Assembly: GCA_947456095.1 (NCBI GenBank)
Contig: CANGPX010000001.1
Span: 771 to 64,770 of the forward strand
Reading direction: 5' to 3'
Source: Acidimicrobiaceae bacterium
GTDB taxonomy: Bacteria > Actinomycetota > Acidimicrobiia > Acidimicrobiales > RAAP-2
DNA: 64,000 nt
The notes beneath the pieces were generated by a model, which ran no database searches, had not been told where the DNA came from, and saw only the letters and a list, made by a program, of their open reading frames with translations. A program made the position numbers and the translations under genes. The stretch's first letter is position 1. Each line of letters starts with the position of its first letter. Positions 15,612 through 26,835 of the stretch are shown here, piece by piece.

Positions 15612-16748
15612 ATGACCAGTCCGAGGATGTTGCTCCTTCGGCATTTCGAGGTCGATCCGAACGTCAACGGGTTCACTGCTCGCTACGACGTCGTTGCCCG
15701 ATCGGCACGGTCATTTGCCATGGTTGAACAAGCGACGATCGGCCCGTTTGGAAGTGGAGCAACGATCGAGGTCGATGGCGTGGTGTTTTCGACTTCACGC
15801 ATTGGTCGTGTTCGCCGACTCCAAGCAGCATGTGGGCTCGGTGGACCGTTCGCCCGGGCGACCAAAGTGCTCGACAAGTTCGTTGCAACGAAAAAGGTGT
15901 CAGTCGTCCTTGGTTGCACCTATCGCACGCCTGAGTTGTATGGCCGAGTTGCGCGACGAGTGGCGACCTATGTCTTCATTGAAGAGCGGGCCCGGGCTTT
16001 TGGGTATGGAGAACCTGCCTCTCCAACAATTCGCTCTCGTGTTCTTGCCACGATGGAACGAAGTGGCCTCCGTCATCTCCTCGGACCTGTTCGGGGACTT
16101 GCGGTGATTCAGTTAGGTGAGATCGCCGCAGCTGAGCGTCGATGGAAGCGACCAGTTTCAGTGATTCCCCACGCCATTGTTGAAGCTGATGTTGCTGGCG
16201 AACCAGAGGCAGCCTTGAGCGTTGAGGTTTTGACCGTTGGAAACTTTGCTGAGCGTCGCAATGCTGATGGTCTCCGACAATGCTTGAGCGCGCTTCGACA
16301 GATGACGGGGTCTACGTCACTGTCATTGGCGGCAATTTCGGCAACGGGTTTCGCCGGCGAGCTCGACGAGTTTCTTCAAGGTGCAGTCGAGTGCCGGGTT
16401 GGTATTTCGCGCCTTGGACCGAGTTATGCGAGCGCACGAGTGGTGTTGGTTCCGTCCTTTGCTATCTCTGGCTCGAAGACGACAATTCTCCAGGGGTGGG
16501 CAGCGAGGAGACCAGTAGTGACGACGCAAGCAGCGGCCACTTCAGTTGGAGCAGTCCATGGAGTTGATGTGTTGATTGGTGAGTCGGGGGAAGAACTCGT
16601 GGCTCTGTGCTTCACGCTCCTGCATGACGCAGAAATGGCAGAACGGATCGTTGCAGGTGGAGCAAACAGCCTAGGGTTACGACATAGTGAACGTGCGGTA
16701 GCAACTGCACTCAAGTCCATGCTGGGCAGTGACTGGGAGAAGAAGTAA
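15612..16748 (+). CDS. Glycosyltransferase, GT-B fold (group 1 / GT4-like), divergent
   Basis: C-terminal half VVLVPSFAISGSKTTILQGWAARRPVVTT...GVDVLIGESGEEL resembles the GT1/GT4 nucleotide-sugar binding half. The N-terminal half is not recognisable. Confidence 0.55.
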   Translation: MTSPRMLLLRHFEVDPNVNGFTARYDVVARSARSFAMVEQATIGPFGSGATIEVDGVVFSTSRIGRVRRLQAACGLGGPFARATKVLDKFVATKKVSVVLGCTYRTPELYGRVARRVATYVFIEERARAFGYGEPASPTIRSRVLATMERSGLRHLLGPVRGLAVIQLGEIAAAERRWKRPVSVIPHAIVEADVAGEPEAALSVEVLTVGNFAERRNADGLRQCLSALRQMTGSTSLSLAAISATGFAGELDEFLQGAVECRVGISRLGPSYASARVVLVPSFAISGSKTTILQGWAARRPVVTTQAAATSVGAVHGVDVLIGESGEELVALCFTLLHDAEMAERIVAGGANSLGLRHSERAVATALKSMLGSDWEKK

Positions 16749-17497
16749 TGGCAAGTCATGGGGCATGGTTAATCGACCTTGATGGGGTCGTTTGGCTGTC
16801 TGGTCAACCAATTGACGGGAGTGTGGCTGCGATCGAGCAACTCCGGGCCAATGAGGTGCCGCTGCTGTTTGTCACCAATAATTCGGCGCCAACCACCGAG
16901 CAGTTGCTTCACCGGTTGGAACGCGCTGGGATTTCGGCTGGCGAGCACGAGGTGCTCACTGCCGCACAGGCAGCTGCGTCACTCGTTCCAAAAGACGGCG
17001 TTGCCGTATGCATTGCCGATGGGGGAGTCCGTCAAGCACTCGAACAGCGAAACGTCCATATTGTCAATGGTGGTGAAGCAGATGCGGTCGTTGTTGGCTG
17101 GACCACGACATTTTCCTATGACACCTTGGCAACTGCGGCTTCAGCCGTGAGGAGCGGAGCAACCTTCATTGGGACAAACGCCGATCCCACGCACCCAACT
17201 CCAACTGGGTTGATGCCCGGAACTGGCGCCATCATTGCCGCAGTTGAAGTTGCGAGCGGAGTACCTGCGATCTATGCCGGTAAACCTGGAGAGGCAATGG
17301 CAGCGCTTGTTCGCGCTCGTGTGGGTGCCATCTCGATGGTGGTCGGAGATCAAGTTGCGACCGATGGTGCTTTTGCCCATCGACTGCGCGTGCCGTTCAC
17401 CTTGGTCTTGAGTGGCGTCGATCAGCGAGCACACGATGAAGTCTTGACCACGAGTTGCCTTGCCGAGGCAGTTTCTCTCTGGCTGGAAAAGCAATGA
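16748..17497 (+). CDS. HAD-superfamily hydrolase, subfamily IIA (NagD-like)
   Basis: LIDLDGVVW (DxDG motif I), LFVTNNS (motif II) and GDQVATDG (motif IV). TAATG overlap with the upstream gene. Confidence 0.8.
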   Translation: MASHGAWLIDLDGVVWLSGQPIDGSVAAIEQLRANEVPLLFVTNNSAPTTEQLLHRLERAGISAGEHEVLTAAQAAASLVPKDGVAVCIADGGVRQALEQRNVHIVNGGEADAVVVGWTTTFSYDTLATAASAVRSGATFIGTNADPTHPTPTGLMPGTGAIIAAVEVASGVPAIYAGKPGEAMAALVRARVGAISMVVGDQVATDGAFAHRLRVPFTLVLSGVDQRAHDEVLTTSCLAEAVSLWLEKQ

Positions 17498-17679
17498 GCA
17501 CGCGACCACTCAAGCAGACGCGCTCGAAATTGGCGGTTCGACTCGGTGCGGCACTGCTGACCAGCATGGTGGTTCAGCGTGGGCGAATGCGCGCACTTCT
17601 TCGTGAAGCGCAGCATCGAGGAGCGAGCTATCTCCAGTCTCCGAGCGAGGAGACCTCCTCGGACGAGAGCGCTGAGTGA
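17494..17679 (+). CDS. Small hypothetical protein (61 aa; basic N-terminus, acidic Ser-rich tail)
   Basis: ATGA overlap with the HAD stop, and its TGA overlaps the GTG of tlyA. Coupling at both ends argues for translation. No recognisable domain. Confidence 0.4.
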   Translation: MSTRPLKQTRSKLAVRLGAALLTSMVVQRGRMRALLREAQHRGASYLQSPSEETSSDESAE

Positions 17680-18515
17680 GCACCAAGCGCATTCGACTCG
17701 ATGTAGCGCTCGTCGAGCGCGGACTGTGTAGTTCGAGAAGCGTCGCCCAAAGCGCGATCTCGGGTGGCCTCGTCATTGTCAACGGTGCCATTGCGTTGAG
17801 TGCGAGTCGACAAGTTGCCATCGCTGATCAATTGACTATTTCTGGAGAGGCTCGCAGATTTGTCAGTCGAGGCGGCGAGAAACTTGGTCCAGCACTCGAT
17901 GCCTTTTCTCTTGACGTCACTGGAATGTCTGCTCTCGATGCCGGCGCATCAACTGGTGGCTTCACTGATTGCCTCTTGCAACGTGGCGCAGCAAAGGTCT
18001 TTGCTGTAGACGTCGGATACGGCCAACTCGACCACAAGCTTCGACAAGATTCGAGGGTGATTGTTCGAGAGCGGACCAATGTCAGGTATCTGACCGCTTC
18101 AGACCTCGACGAGCCAGATGCAGTGTTTTCAGGCGTTGACCTGATTGTGGCTGATGTGTCGTTCATCTCCTTGACCAAACTTTCAGCAGTATTTGCCGAA
18201 CTGTTGAAGCCACTGGGGCGTTTTGCCGTGCTCGTGAAGCCTCAATTTGAAGCAAGTCGAGCAGAGGTTTCTGATGGCAAAGGTGTCGTTCGCAGCCCTG
18301 AAGTCTGGCGTCGAGCGATTGAAGGAGTGGTTGCAAGTTTTGAAGCGGTCGGACTTTGTGCGGAGTCGATCATCGTCTCTCCCATTCATGGCCCCAAGGG
18401 AAACACTGAATTTGTCGCCGGTGGAGTCAAGAGCGAGTCACTGTCGCTGTCTCGGGAAGCTTTTACTCGTTTGGTCGATGACGCGCTTCGTGAAGCGATC
18501 GCGATGCAGCAATGA
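17676..18515 (+). CDS. tlyA: TlyA-family rRNA 2'-O-methyltransferase (S4 + FtsJ domains)
   Basis: RLDVALVERGL...SR (S4-like), RFVSRGGEKL and DAGASTGGFTDCLLQRGA (SAM motif). Confidence 0.85.
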   Translation: MSTKRIRLDVALVERGLCSSRSVAQSAISGGLVIVNGAIALSASRQVAIADQLTISGEARRFVSRGGEKLGPALDAFSLDVTGMSALDAGASTGGFTDCLLQRGAAKVFAVDVGYGQLDHKLRQDSRVIVRERTNVRYLTASDLDEPDAVFSGVDLIVADVSFISLTKLSAVFAELLKPLGRFAVLVKPQFEASRAEVSDGKGVVRSPEVWRRAIEGVVASFEAVGLCAESIIVSPIHGPKGNTEFVAGGVKSESLSLSREAFTRLVDDALREAIAMQQ

Positions 18516-18585
18516 ATTTGCGCCAAAACTTCCATGCTGAGTGCGACAATGGACGGGTGCGTGCTCTTGCGGTTGGTCAGAACAG

Positions 18586-19413
18586 ATGACGGTCGTCCTC
18601 GTTGCTCCGCAATTTCATGATGGCGCCCAAGCGCTGCTTGCCTCGACGAGCGCGCAGCTTGGAGAACAAGGTCTTTCGGCCGTTGAGTGCAATGTTGATG
18701 ACTTGCACGCAAGAACCCTGAGTGAACTCGGCACAACTGTGACGGTGGTGGTCTCTTTTGGTGGAGATGGGACGTTCTTGAAGGCAGCAGCAGCAGCACA
18801 TCGAGCAGGTGTTCCTGTCCTTGGCGTGAATTTTGGCCGTTTGGGTTACTTGTTGCCTATTGAGCCGGACCAGTTGTGGGGCGTCATCACGAGAGGCCTC
18901 GAACAGGGGTTCAACCTCGAAGAGCGAAGTGTGCTTGAAGTTGGCTTGCCAGGAGGCGAGCGACTGATCGCAATTAATGAATTGGCTATTGAAAAACGTG
19001 AGCCTGGCCACATGCTGCGACTGTCGACCATGGTTGACGAGGAAGAATTCGTCACCTACGCCGCAGACGGCATTGTCGTGGCAACACCAACAGGATCAAC
19101 CGCCTACAACTTGTCTGCTGGTGGTCCCGTGCTTGACCCAACGATGCGCGCCACCATTGTCACGCCGGTTGCACCCCACTTGGCGGTTGACCGGAGCATC
19201 GTGCTGCCACCCGAGCGAGTCGTGACGATCGTTGTTGATGATGACCGGGGAGCAGTTGCGGTCTTAGACGGTCGATCAGTCGGGCCAATTGCGACGCAAG
19301 AGGCTGTCACGGTCACCACGCATCCAACACCACTTCATCTCGTTGTTGACGAGTCCAGTGACACGTTTGGTCGCCTCCGGTCGATACTTTCGCCAACGGA
19401 TCTGCGTTTGTAG
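18586..19413 (+). CDS. nadK: NAD+ kinase
   Basis: FGGDGTFL (GGDG), GVNFGRLGYL and TPTGSTAYNLSAGGP. Start taken at MTVVLVA; an upstream ATG at 18541 is also possible. Confidence 0.85.
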   Translation: MTVVLVAPQFHDGAQALLASTSAQLGEQGLSAVECNVDDLHARTLSELGTTVTVVVSFGGDGTFLKAAAAAHRAGVPVLGVNFGRLGYLLPIEPDQLWGVITRGLEQGFNLEERSVLEVGLPGGERLIAINELAIEKREPGHMLRLSTMVDEEEFVTYAADGIVVATPTGSTAYNLSAGGPVLDPTMRATIVTPVAPHLAVDRSIVLPPERVVTIVVDDDRGAVAVLDGRSVGPIATQEAVTVTTHPTPLHLVVDESSDTFGRLRSILSPTDLRL

Positions 19414-19416
19414 CTG

Positions 19417-21009
19417 ATGTTGCGTTCACTTGAGGTCACCGCGCTCGGCGTCGTCGAGGAGGCTCGGCTGGCCTTTGGTCCACACATGACTGTGTTGACC
19501 GGTGAAACTGGCGCAGGAAAAACGCTCCTGGTTGAGGCACTGCAGTTGATCTGTGGCGGCAGAGCTGATCTTGCCCTCATTCGACCAGGTGCTGAGGTAG
19601 CAAGCGTCAAAGCCACCTTTGTCCATGACGGCGAAGAGATCCTGGTCGAGCGCATCCTGCCGAGAGAAGGCCGAACGAGAGCAGTGATCAATGGTCGCTC
19701 GGTGAGCGCAGCAGAACTACGCGAAGAAGTGACGAACTATCTCGAAATTCATGGACAGCATGAAGCGCAGTCGCTCTTTGATCCAATCTCAGCACGAGAA
19801 GCACTTGATCACTTTGGGGCAATCAATACCTCTGGCTTGGCCGCAGCTCGCATTGGCGTTGCACGTCTGCGTTCGGCACTCGAACGCCTTGGTGGCGATG
19901 CGAAAGCAGCGCTAAGGGCATTTGAGTTGCAGCAGTTTGAGTTTGAACAATTGAACTCAGCGCAGCTCACCCACGATGGCGAGCTTGAGGAATTGACCAG
20001 CGAACTCGAGCGACTCGGTGGCGTAGAGGAGTTGAAGGCGCTTCTTGCTCGAACAACAGAACTCCTCGCTGGCGGAGACGAAGGTCTTGGTGCGCGAGAT
20101 CTTGTTCGCCAAGCACTTCGAGAGCTCGAAGCCGTTGGAGATGCGAGCGCCCTCGTAGAGCGGGGAATGGTGCTCTTTGAGCATCTGAGTGAGTTTGTCG
20201 ACGATGTTCGAGATCTCGGAACTTCACTTGAGGTAGACCCACAGCGCATTGATGAGATCGCAACTCGAATTTCATTGCTGAAGAGCCTCATTCGCCGATA
20301 TGGCACCAACTTGGGTGACGTGATCACCGCACGTGATGCGCTGTCGTCACAGATTCGAGCTGCTGAGCAACTCGGGACTGATCGCGAAGCGATTGAAGCT
20401 TCGCTTGAGGTTGCGTTGAGCGAACTGCGTGGCGAAGAAGATGCGGTCTTGGCCCTTCGTCGCCAGCATGCCCCTCGTCTTTCGCAGGCGGTTGAAGCAA
20501 CGCTTTTGCAACTCGGGATGCAGCACTGCAAATTTCTCGTCGCTGTTGAGGACGAAGAAGGAGGAGACAGCGTTACCTTCATGTTCTCGGCCAACCCAGG
20601 CATGCGGGTCTTAGAACTTGCGAGAGTGGCTTCAGGTGGAGAGCTTTCCAGAGTCATGCTGGCGTTGCACTTGGCGGTTCCAAACGGTCCAGGGTCGCTG
20701 GTCTTTGATGAAATTGATACCGGAGTCGGCGGAGTAGCCGCGAGTGCTCTTGGAGCGTTCCTGGCTGATTTGGCTGGTTCTCGTCAGGTGTTTGTGGTGA
20801 CCCACCTCGCCCAGGTAGCAGCCCTTGGCGACGTACACCTGCTCGTGACCAAGAGCACTGCAGAGTCAACAGTGAAGACCACAGTTCGAGAACTCAACAC
20901 CATTGCCCGGGAGATTGAAATCGCTCGGTTGCTCTCAGGCTCACCGGATTCTCCAACTGCGCTGGCTCATGCAAGGGAACTCCTTGGGCGAAGTTCGGGC
21001 AGAAGGTGA
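19417..21009 (+). CDS. recN: DNA repair protein RecN
   Basis: Walker A GETGAGKT near the N-terminus, a long coiled-coil middle, SGGELSR signature and LVFDEIDTGVGG Walker B. Confidence 0.9.
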   Translation: MLRSLEVTALGVVEEARLAFGPHMTVLTGETGAGKTLLVEALQLICGGRADLALIRPGAEVASVKATFVHDGEEILVERILPREGRTRAVINGRSVSAAELREEVTNYLEIHGQHEAQSLFDPISAREALDHFGAINTSGLAAARIGVARLRSALERLGGDAKAALRAFELQQFEFEQLNSAQLTHDGELEELTSELERLGGVEELKALLARTTELLAGGDEGLGARDLVRQALRELEAVGDASALVERGMVLFEHLSEFVDDVRDLGTSLEVDPQRIDEIATRISLLKSLIRRYGTNLGDVITARDALSSQIRAAEQLGTDREAIEASLEVALSELRGEEDAVLALRRQHAPRLSQAVEATLLQLGMQHCKFLVAVEDEEGGDSVTFMFSANPGMRVLELARVASGGELSRVMLALHLAVPNGPGSLVFDEIDTGVGGVAASALGAFLADLAGSRQVFVVTHLAQVAALGDVHLLVTKSTAESTVKTTVRELNTIAREIEIARLLSGSPDSPTALAHARELLGRSSGRR

Positions 21010-21040
21010 CCGTCAGCGCAGCCATGGCCGAAGCGTCTAG

Positions 21041-22723
<1,683 letters not shown>

Positions 22724-22731
22724 GTAGCACT

Positions 22732-23277
22732 ATGGGCTTCAAGGTGCTCGGTGACACAGAGCGGGCAAGTGGATATGCGTTTCACCTTGTTGATCGGCTT
22801 GTTGAAGCACCTGATGGATCAACGTTCTCTCGAAATCTCGTTCGCCACGTGGGCGCTGTGGCTGTCCTGCCGGTCGATGGTGAAGGAAGAGTTCATCTGC
22901 TTCGGCAGTATCGGGCATCGTTTGATCGGTTCATGTTGGAGATGCCAGCCGGGCTTCGAGACATTGAAGATGAAGATCTCGAGGCCGCAGCTCGTCGTGA
23001 ACTCGAAGAAGAAGTTGGATTGCGTGCTGATGACCTCGTGTTCTTGGGTTGTGTGGCAAATTCATCGGGCTTTACCAATCAGCTCACGTGGCTCTATCTT
23101 GGCCTTGGGCTCCACCAGGTTGATGCAGCTCCTGATGGGGTTGAAGAGCACTTCATTGAACGTTGCATGATGCCACTGAGCGAACTCATGAGCTACGCCG
23201 ACCCACTCGGCTCCGATGTGACCTTGCTCCTCGCAGCCCACCTCGCTCATCAGTACTTGTCGCTCCATGGAGAGTGA
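22732..23277 (+). CDS. NUDIX hydrolase (ADP-ribose pyrophosphatase-like)
   Basis: Nudix box PAGLRDIEDEDLEAAARRELEEEVG. Sits between pyrG and xerD as in mycobacteria. Confidence 0.8.
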   Translation: MGFKVLGDTERASGYAFHLVDRLVEAPDGSTFSRNLVRHVGAVAVLPVDGEGRVHLLRQYRASFDRFMLEMPAGLRDIEDEDLEAAARRELEEEVGLRADDLVFLGCVANSSGFTNQLTWLYLGLGLHQVDAAPDGVEEHFIERCMMPLSELMSYADPLGSDVTLLLAAHLAHQYLSLHGE

Positions 23278-24202
23278 AGTTCCTCCGAGTATTCAGGCCT
23301 TTCTCGGCTGGTTGGCGGTGGAAAAGGGAAGGTCGGCCAACACGATTGCTGCGTACCGTCGTGACCTGCTCACGGCAGCTCACGTGTTCACCGCACAGGT
23401 AAAGGATCTCGAGAAAGCCACCACTGCTGATCTTGAGCGTTATCTCGAACAACTCGGCGTCAATGGTCAGGCCCTCTCCTCTGTTTCTCGGTCGGCATCA
23501 ACGCTTCGGGGTTACTTTCGCTTTCTCGTCGACGAAGAACTCCGCCTTGATGACCCAACTGCTGATCTCGGCACTCGAAGGAGTGGCATCGCACTGCCAA
23601 AGGCGCTCCGCGTTGATCAAATTTCGGCGTTGCTTGACTCGGTGACTGAAAGCGATCCCTTGTCCCTTCGAGATCGAGCGGTGTTGGAGTTTTTGTATGC
23701 GACCGGCGCTCGGGTGGGGGAGCTTGTTGGGCTGAATCTCGTAGACCTTGACCGCAGTGACGGTCTCGTCTTGCTGCGGGGAAAAGGTGGTCGAGAACGC
23801 ATTGTGCCCGTTGGTCGCTTGGCAGATGAAGCAATGCAACGGTGGCTTTCGCATGATGGGCGAGGGGCCCTGCGTCCACAAATGTGGAAGCGACGAGGCG
23901 ATGAATCAGCGGTGTTTTTGACTGATGCGGGAAGCCGCCTTACTCGACAGGCCGTCTTTGCGCTGTTGCGTCGCCGAGCAAAAGGAGTTGGGCTTGAACA
24001 GGTGCTGTCGCCACACGTGCTTCGTCACTCTTGCGCCACACACCTGCTTGCCGCCGGAGCAGATGTTCGAGTAGTCCAAGAACTCCTCGGCCATCGTTCC
24101 ATTGCCACAACACAGCGCTACACCAAGGTTGATACGGCGCAACTTCGCTCGGTTATTGATCGTGCTCATCCGCGTGGTCGGTCTCGCCGTAACGCAATCT
24201 AG
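23267..24202 (+). CDS. xerD: Site-specific tyrosine recombinase XerD
   Basis: N-terminal core-binding domain (FLGWLAVEKGRSANTIAAYRRDL), ATGARVGEL, HVLRHSCATHLL and LGHRSIATTQRYT. Confidence 0.85.
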   Translation: MESEVPPSIQAFLGWLAVEKGRSANTIAAYRRDLLTAAHVFTAQVKDLEKATTADLERYLEQLGVNGQALSSVSRSASTLRGYFRFLVDEELRLDDPTADLGTRRSGIALPKALRVDQISALLDSVTESDPLSLRDRAVLEFLYATGARVGELVGLNLVDLDRSDGLVLLRGKGGRERIVPVGRLADEAMQRWLSHDGRGALRPQMWKRRGDESAVFLTDAGSRLTRQAVFALLRRRAKGVGLEQVLSPHVLRHSCATHLLAAGADVRVVQELLGHRSIATTQRYTKVDTAQLRSVIDRAHPRGRSRRNAI

Positions 24203-24212
24203 GCTCGCAACG

Positions 24213-24995
24213 GTGGCAAATATTGAGGCTGTAGGACATAAGACGAGCCGGTGGAGGTTGAAAGAGCGGCTTCACCGCGTCCCAGCGTTGATGTGGTTTG
24301 TGCTCTACTACGGAGCGCTGTTTGGCCTGGTGCAATTCCATCAGCTCAGTGTGATCTTTGCCCTCTCGCTGGCAGCGCTCGTTCCATCGATCATTGTCCA
24401 TGAAGTTGCTCATGGAGTCATGGCGTATGCCTGTGGCGATGACACGGCACAGCGAGCCGGTCGCTTAACCGCAAATCCGGCAAAGCACGTTTCACTTTGG
24501 GGGACCTTTGTTTTGCCATTGTTGTTTGTACTTGCTTTGGGGACGGGATTTGGGTTTGCCAAACCGGTTCCCGTTGATCTCGATCGAACGAGAAAACCTC
24601 GCCATGCATCGCTGCTGATCTCGTTTGCTGGACCGGCCAGCAATCTCGCCATTGTGGCGTTGTGCTTCGCGATTTGTCGCGTGGCAGATGTCCCGGGCCA
24701 GATCATTGACGGTGGCTACGTTTCGGTGCGGCAGTTGCCGCTGTGGATACTCGGGCTGTATCTCCTTGGCTTGCAGAACCTGTGGCTCGCGATCTTCAAT
24801 CTCCTGCCGATTCCACCACTTGATGGTTCAGCCATTATTGAGCGTCTGCTGCCAGCTCGAGCGCTCAAGGGCTATCACCTCTTTCGAAGTTTTGCCCTGC
24901 CGCTCGCATTTGCCCTGATCTACTTCTTGCCAGGGCCACTGTTGTGGCTCTCAAATCACGTTGCAGATTTTTGGTTCAACAGTTTCTTCCAGTGA
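24213..24995 (+). CDS. Site-2 protease family (M50) membrane zinc metalloprotease
   Basis: HEVAHG (HExxH) and NLLPIPPLDG motifs plus several TM helices. Start uncertain: GTG 24213 or ATG 24291. The ORF-track start at 24102 lies inside xerD. Confidence 0.75.
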   Translation: MANIEAVGHKTSRWRLKERLHRVPALMWFVLYYGALFGLVQFHQLSVIFALSLAALVPSIIVHEVAHGVMAYACGDDTAQRAGRLTANPAKHVSLWGTFVLPLLFVLALGTGFGFAKPVPVDLDRTRKPRHASLLISFAGPASNLAIVALCFAICRVADVPGQIIDGGYVSVRQLPLWILGLYLLGLQNLWLAIFNLLPIPPLDGSAIIERLLPARALKGYHLFRSFALPLAFALIYFLPGPLLWLSNHVADFWFNSFFQ

Positions 24996-24996
24996 G

Positions 24997-25983
24997 CTAG
25001 CGCTCGAGGAGACCAATTGCGCTCGCCGCGCGCTCGTAGGTCGCGTTGGCTACGGTGTTTGCTTTTTCTGCACCACGGGCAAGCAGCGCTCGAAGTTCTG
25101 CTTCGTCGCCTAACAGACCCAAGTAGCGCTCGCGCATGGGGGCGATGAGCGAAATCAGTGCTTCGGCGACGTCATTTTTGAGATCGCCGTACCTGGTGTA
25201 GTTCCCGGCAAGGTCCATTGGCGAGCCATTGGTAGCGGCTGCAAGCAGGTCGAGAAGCGACGAGACACCGGGTTTGGCAATGGGGTCATACGCGACGATG
25301 CCTTCGGCATCAGTGACAGCTTTTTTCACTTTCTTGGCAATGGCGTCTGCATCTTCAAAAAGATCAATCCGACCAAGCGGCGAAGGAATCGACTTCGACA
25401 TCTTTCGATCGGGTTGCTGGAGATCCATCACGCGAGCAGCCACTTGTGGAATCGTTGCCTCGGGCACGACGAAGACTTCGCCGTAGTGGTGGTTAAAGCG
25501 AGTCGCAAGATCTCTGGTCAATTCAAGATGTTGGCGCTGGTCTTCACCAACGGGAACGTGGCTTGCGTCGTAGGCCAAGATGTCTGCCGCCATCAACACT
25601 GGGTACGTGAACAGGCCAACGCGTACCGATTCGTTTCCGCGACCTTTGTCTTTGAACTGCGTCATGCGATTGAGTTCACCCATGGTTGCGGTGCACTCGA
25701 GGAGCCATGCCAGTCGAGTGTGGGCCGGAACATGGCTTTGGGCGAAAATCGTTACTTGCTCAGGGTCAAGACCAGCGGCGAGAAAGCCAGCCGCAGTTTC
25801 GAGTGTGCGTCGGCGCAGTTCGGCTGGATCAATGGCTTGGGTGAGGGCGTGGAGGTCGACAATGCAGTAGTAGGCATCGTCAACTGATTGTCGTGCCACC
25901 CACTGGCGAAGGGCGCCAAGGTAGTTGCCGAGATGGAGATCACCTGAAGGTTGAATACCTGAAAGAACACGCGCCATAGCCAA
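24997..25983 (-). CDS. trpS: Tryptophan--tRNA ligase
   Basis: GIQPSGDLHLGNYLG (HIGH region) and KMSKS. 328 aa. Confidence 0.95.
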   Translation of the reverse strand: MAMARVLSGIQPSGDLHLGNYLGALRQWVARQSVDDAYYCIVDLHALTQAIDPAELRRRTLETAAGFLAAGLDPEQVTIFAQSHVPAHTRLAWLLECTATMGELNRMTQFKDKGRGNESVRVGLFTYPVLMAADILAYDASHVPVGEDQRQHLELTRDLATRFNHHYGEVFVVPEATIPQVAARVMDLQQPDRKMSKSIPSPLGRIDLFEDADAIAKKVKKAVTDAEGIVAYDPIAKPGVSSLLDLLAAATNGSPMDLAGNYTRYGDLKNDVAEALISLIAPMRERYLGLLGDEAELRALLARGAEKANTVANATYERAASAIGLLER

Positions 25984-26043
25984 TCTTACCTAGCCACTTT
26001 GGCTCTGGCGACGAGGCATGGTCTCGTTGGTTAGGGTTGTGGC

Positions 26044-26835
26044 GTGACGTACATGGTTGAAGTCGAGGGCTATCAGGGCACGATTGCCCGGCTTCTCCAA
26101 CAAATTCAAGGCCATGAACGCGACATCTTGGATGTCCCGCTGGCTCCCATTGTCGAGGTCTTCGTTGCGACCTTGCTTGAGCATCGAGAAATCCTCAGCC
26201 TCGACCAAATTTCAGAGTTCTTGCTGATTGCTGCAGTGCTGATTGAGATGAAATCGACCAAGTTGCTTCCCGGCCCTGACGAAGTGGACGCGGATGAAGA
26301 ACTCGTAGGCCTTGAAGCACGAGACCTCCTTCTTGCCCGGCTGCTTGAATGCCGTGCCTATGCCGGTGCCGCAGATGCCTTTGTCTTGCTCTCAGAGCTT
26401 GCCCTTCGCAGCGTGCCTCGCGAGTCAGGTCTTGAGGAAGATTTTGTTCTTTTGGCGCCAGATCTGCTCGTTGGGGTGACCGCAGACAAAGTGGCTGAAG
26501 CGTTTAAGCGAACGTTGATCGTTCCCGAGCAGCCACGGGTCGACTTGAGTCACGTCACGATCGATGTGGTGACGGTTGCAGCAACCGTTGTTGAATTGGC
26601 CACACAACTCCCGACCCAAGGAAAGACCTCATTTCGGTCAATGGTGGACGGCCTCACGACACGGCTCGAGATCATTGTTCGATTCTTGGCCGTGTTGGAG
26701 CTGTGCAAACTCGGACGAGTGACCCTTGGGCAAGGGGTGAACTTTGGCGACTTAGAAATTGAATGGATTGGAACTGATGACGACGGTTCGTTGATCATCA
26801 CAGCAGAAGGGGTGATTGACAGTTATGAGGGATGA
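26044..26835 (+). CDS. scpA: Segregation and condensation protein A
   Basis: ScpA pattern (GPLDLL-like N-terminus, ELCKLGRV C-terminus). Immediately followed by scpB. Confidence 0.85.
   Translation: MTYMVEVEGYQGTIARLLQQIQGHERDILDVPLAPIVEVFVATLLEHREILSLDQISEFLLIAAVLIEMKSTKLLPGPDEVDADEELVGLEARDLLLARLLECRAYAGAADAFVLLSELALRSVPRESGLEEDFVLLAPDLLVGVTADKVAEAFKRTLIVPEQPRVDLSHVTIDVVTVAATVVELATQLPTQGKTSFRSMVDGLTTRLEIIVRFLAVLELCKLGRVTLGQGVNFGDLEIEWIGTDDDGSLIITAEGVIDSYEG

Noticed and set aside
19809-20657. 282-aa ORF antisense to recN
   Set aside because: It lies entirely inside a well-supported recN. Its Ser/Arg/Ala-rich low-complexity translation is typical of a shadow ORF on the opposite strand of a GC-biased coiled-coil gene.
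25984-26043. Possible T-box leader upstream of trpS
   Set aside because: Only 60 nt separate trpS from the divergent scpA. That is far too short for a T-box (roughly 200 nt or more), and no specifier or T-box sequence is seen.
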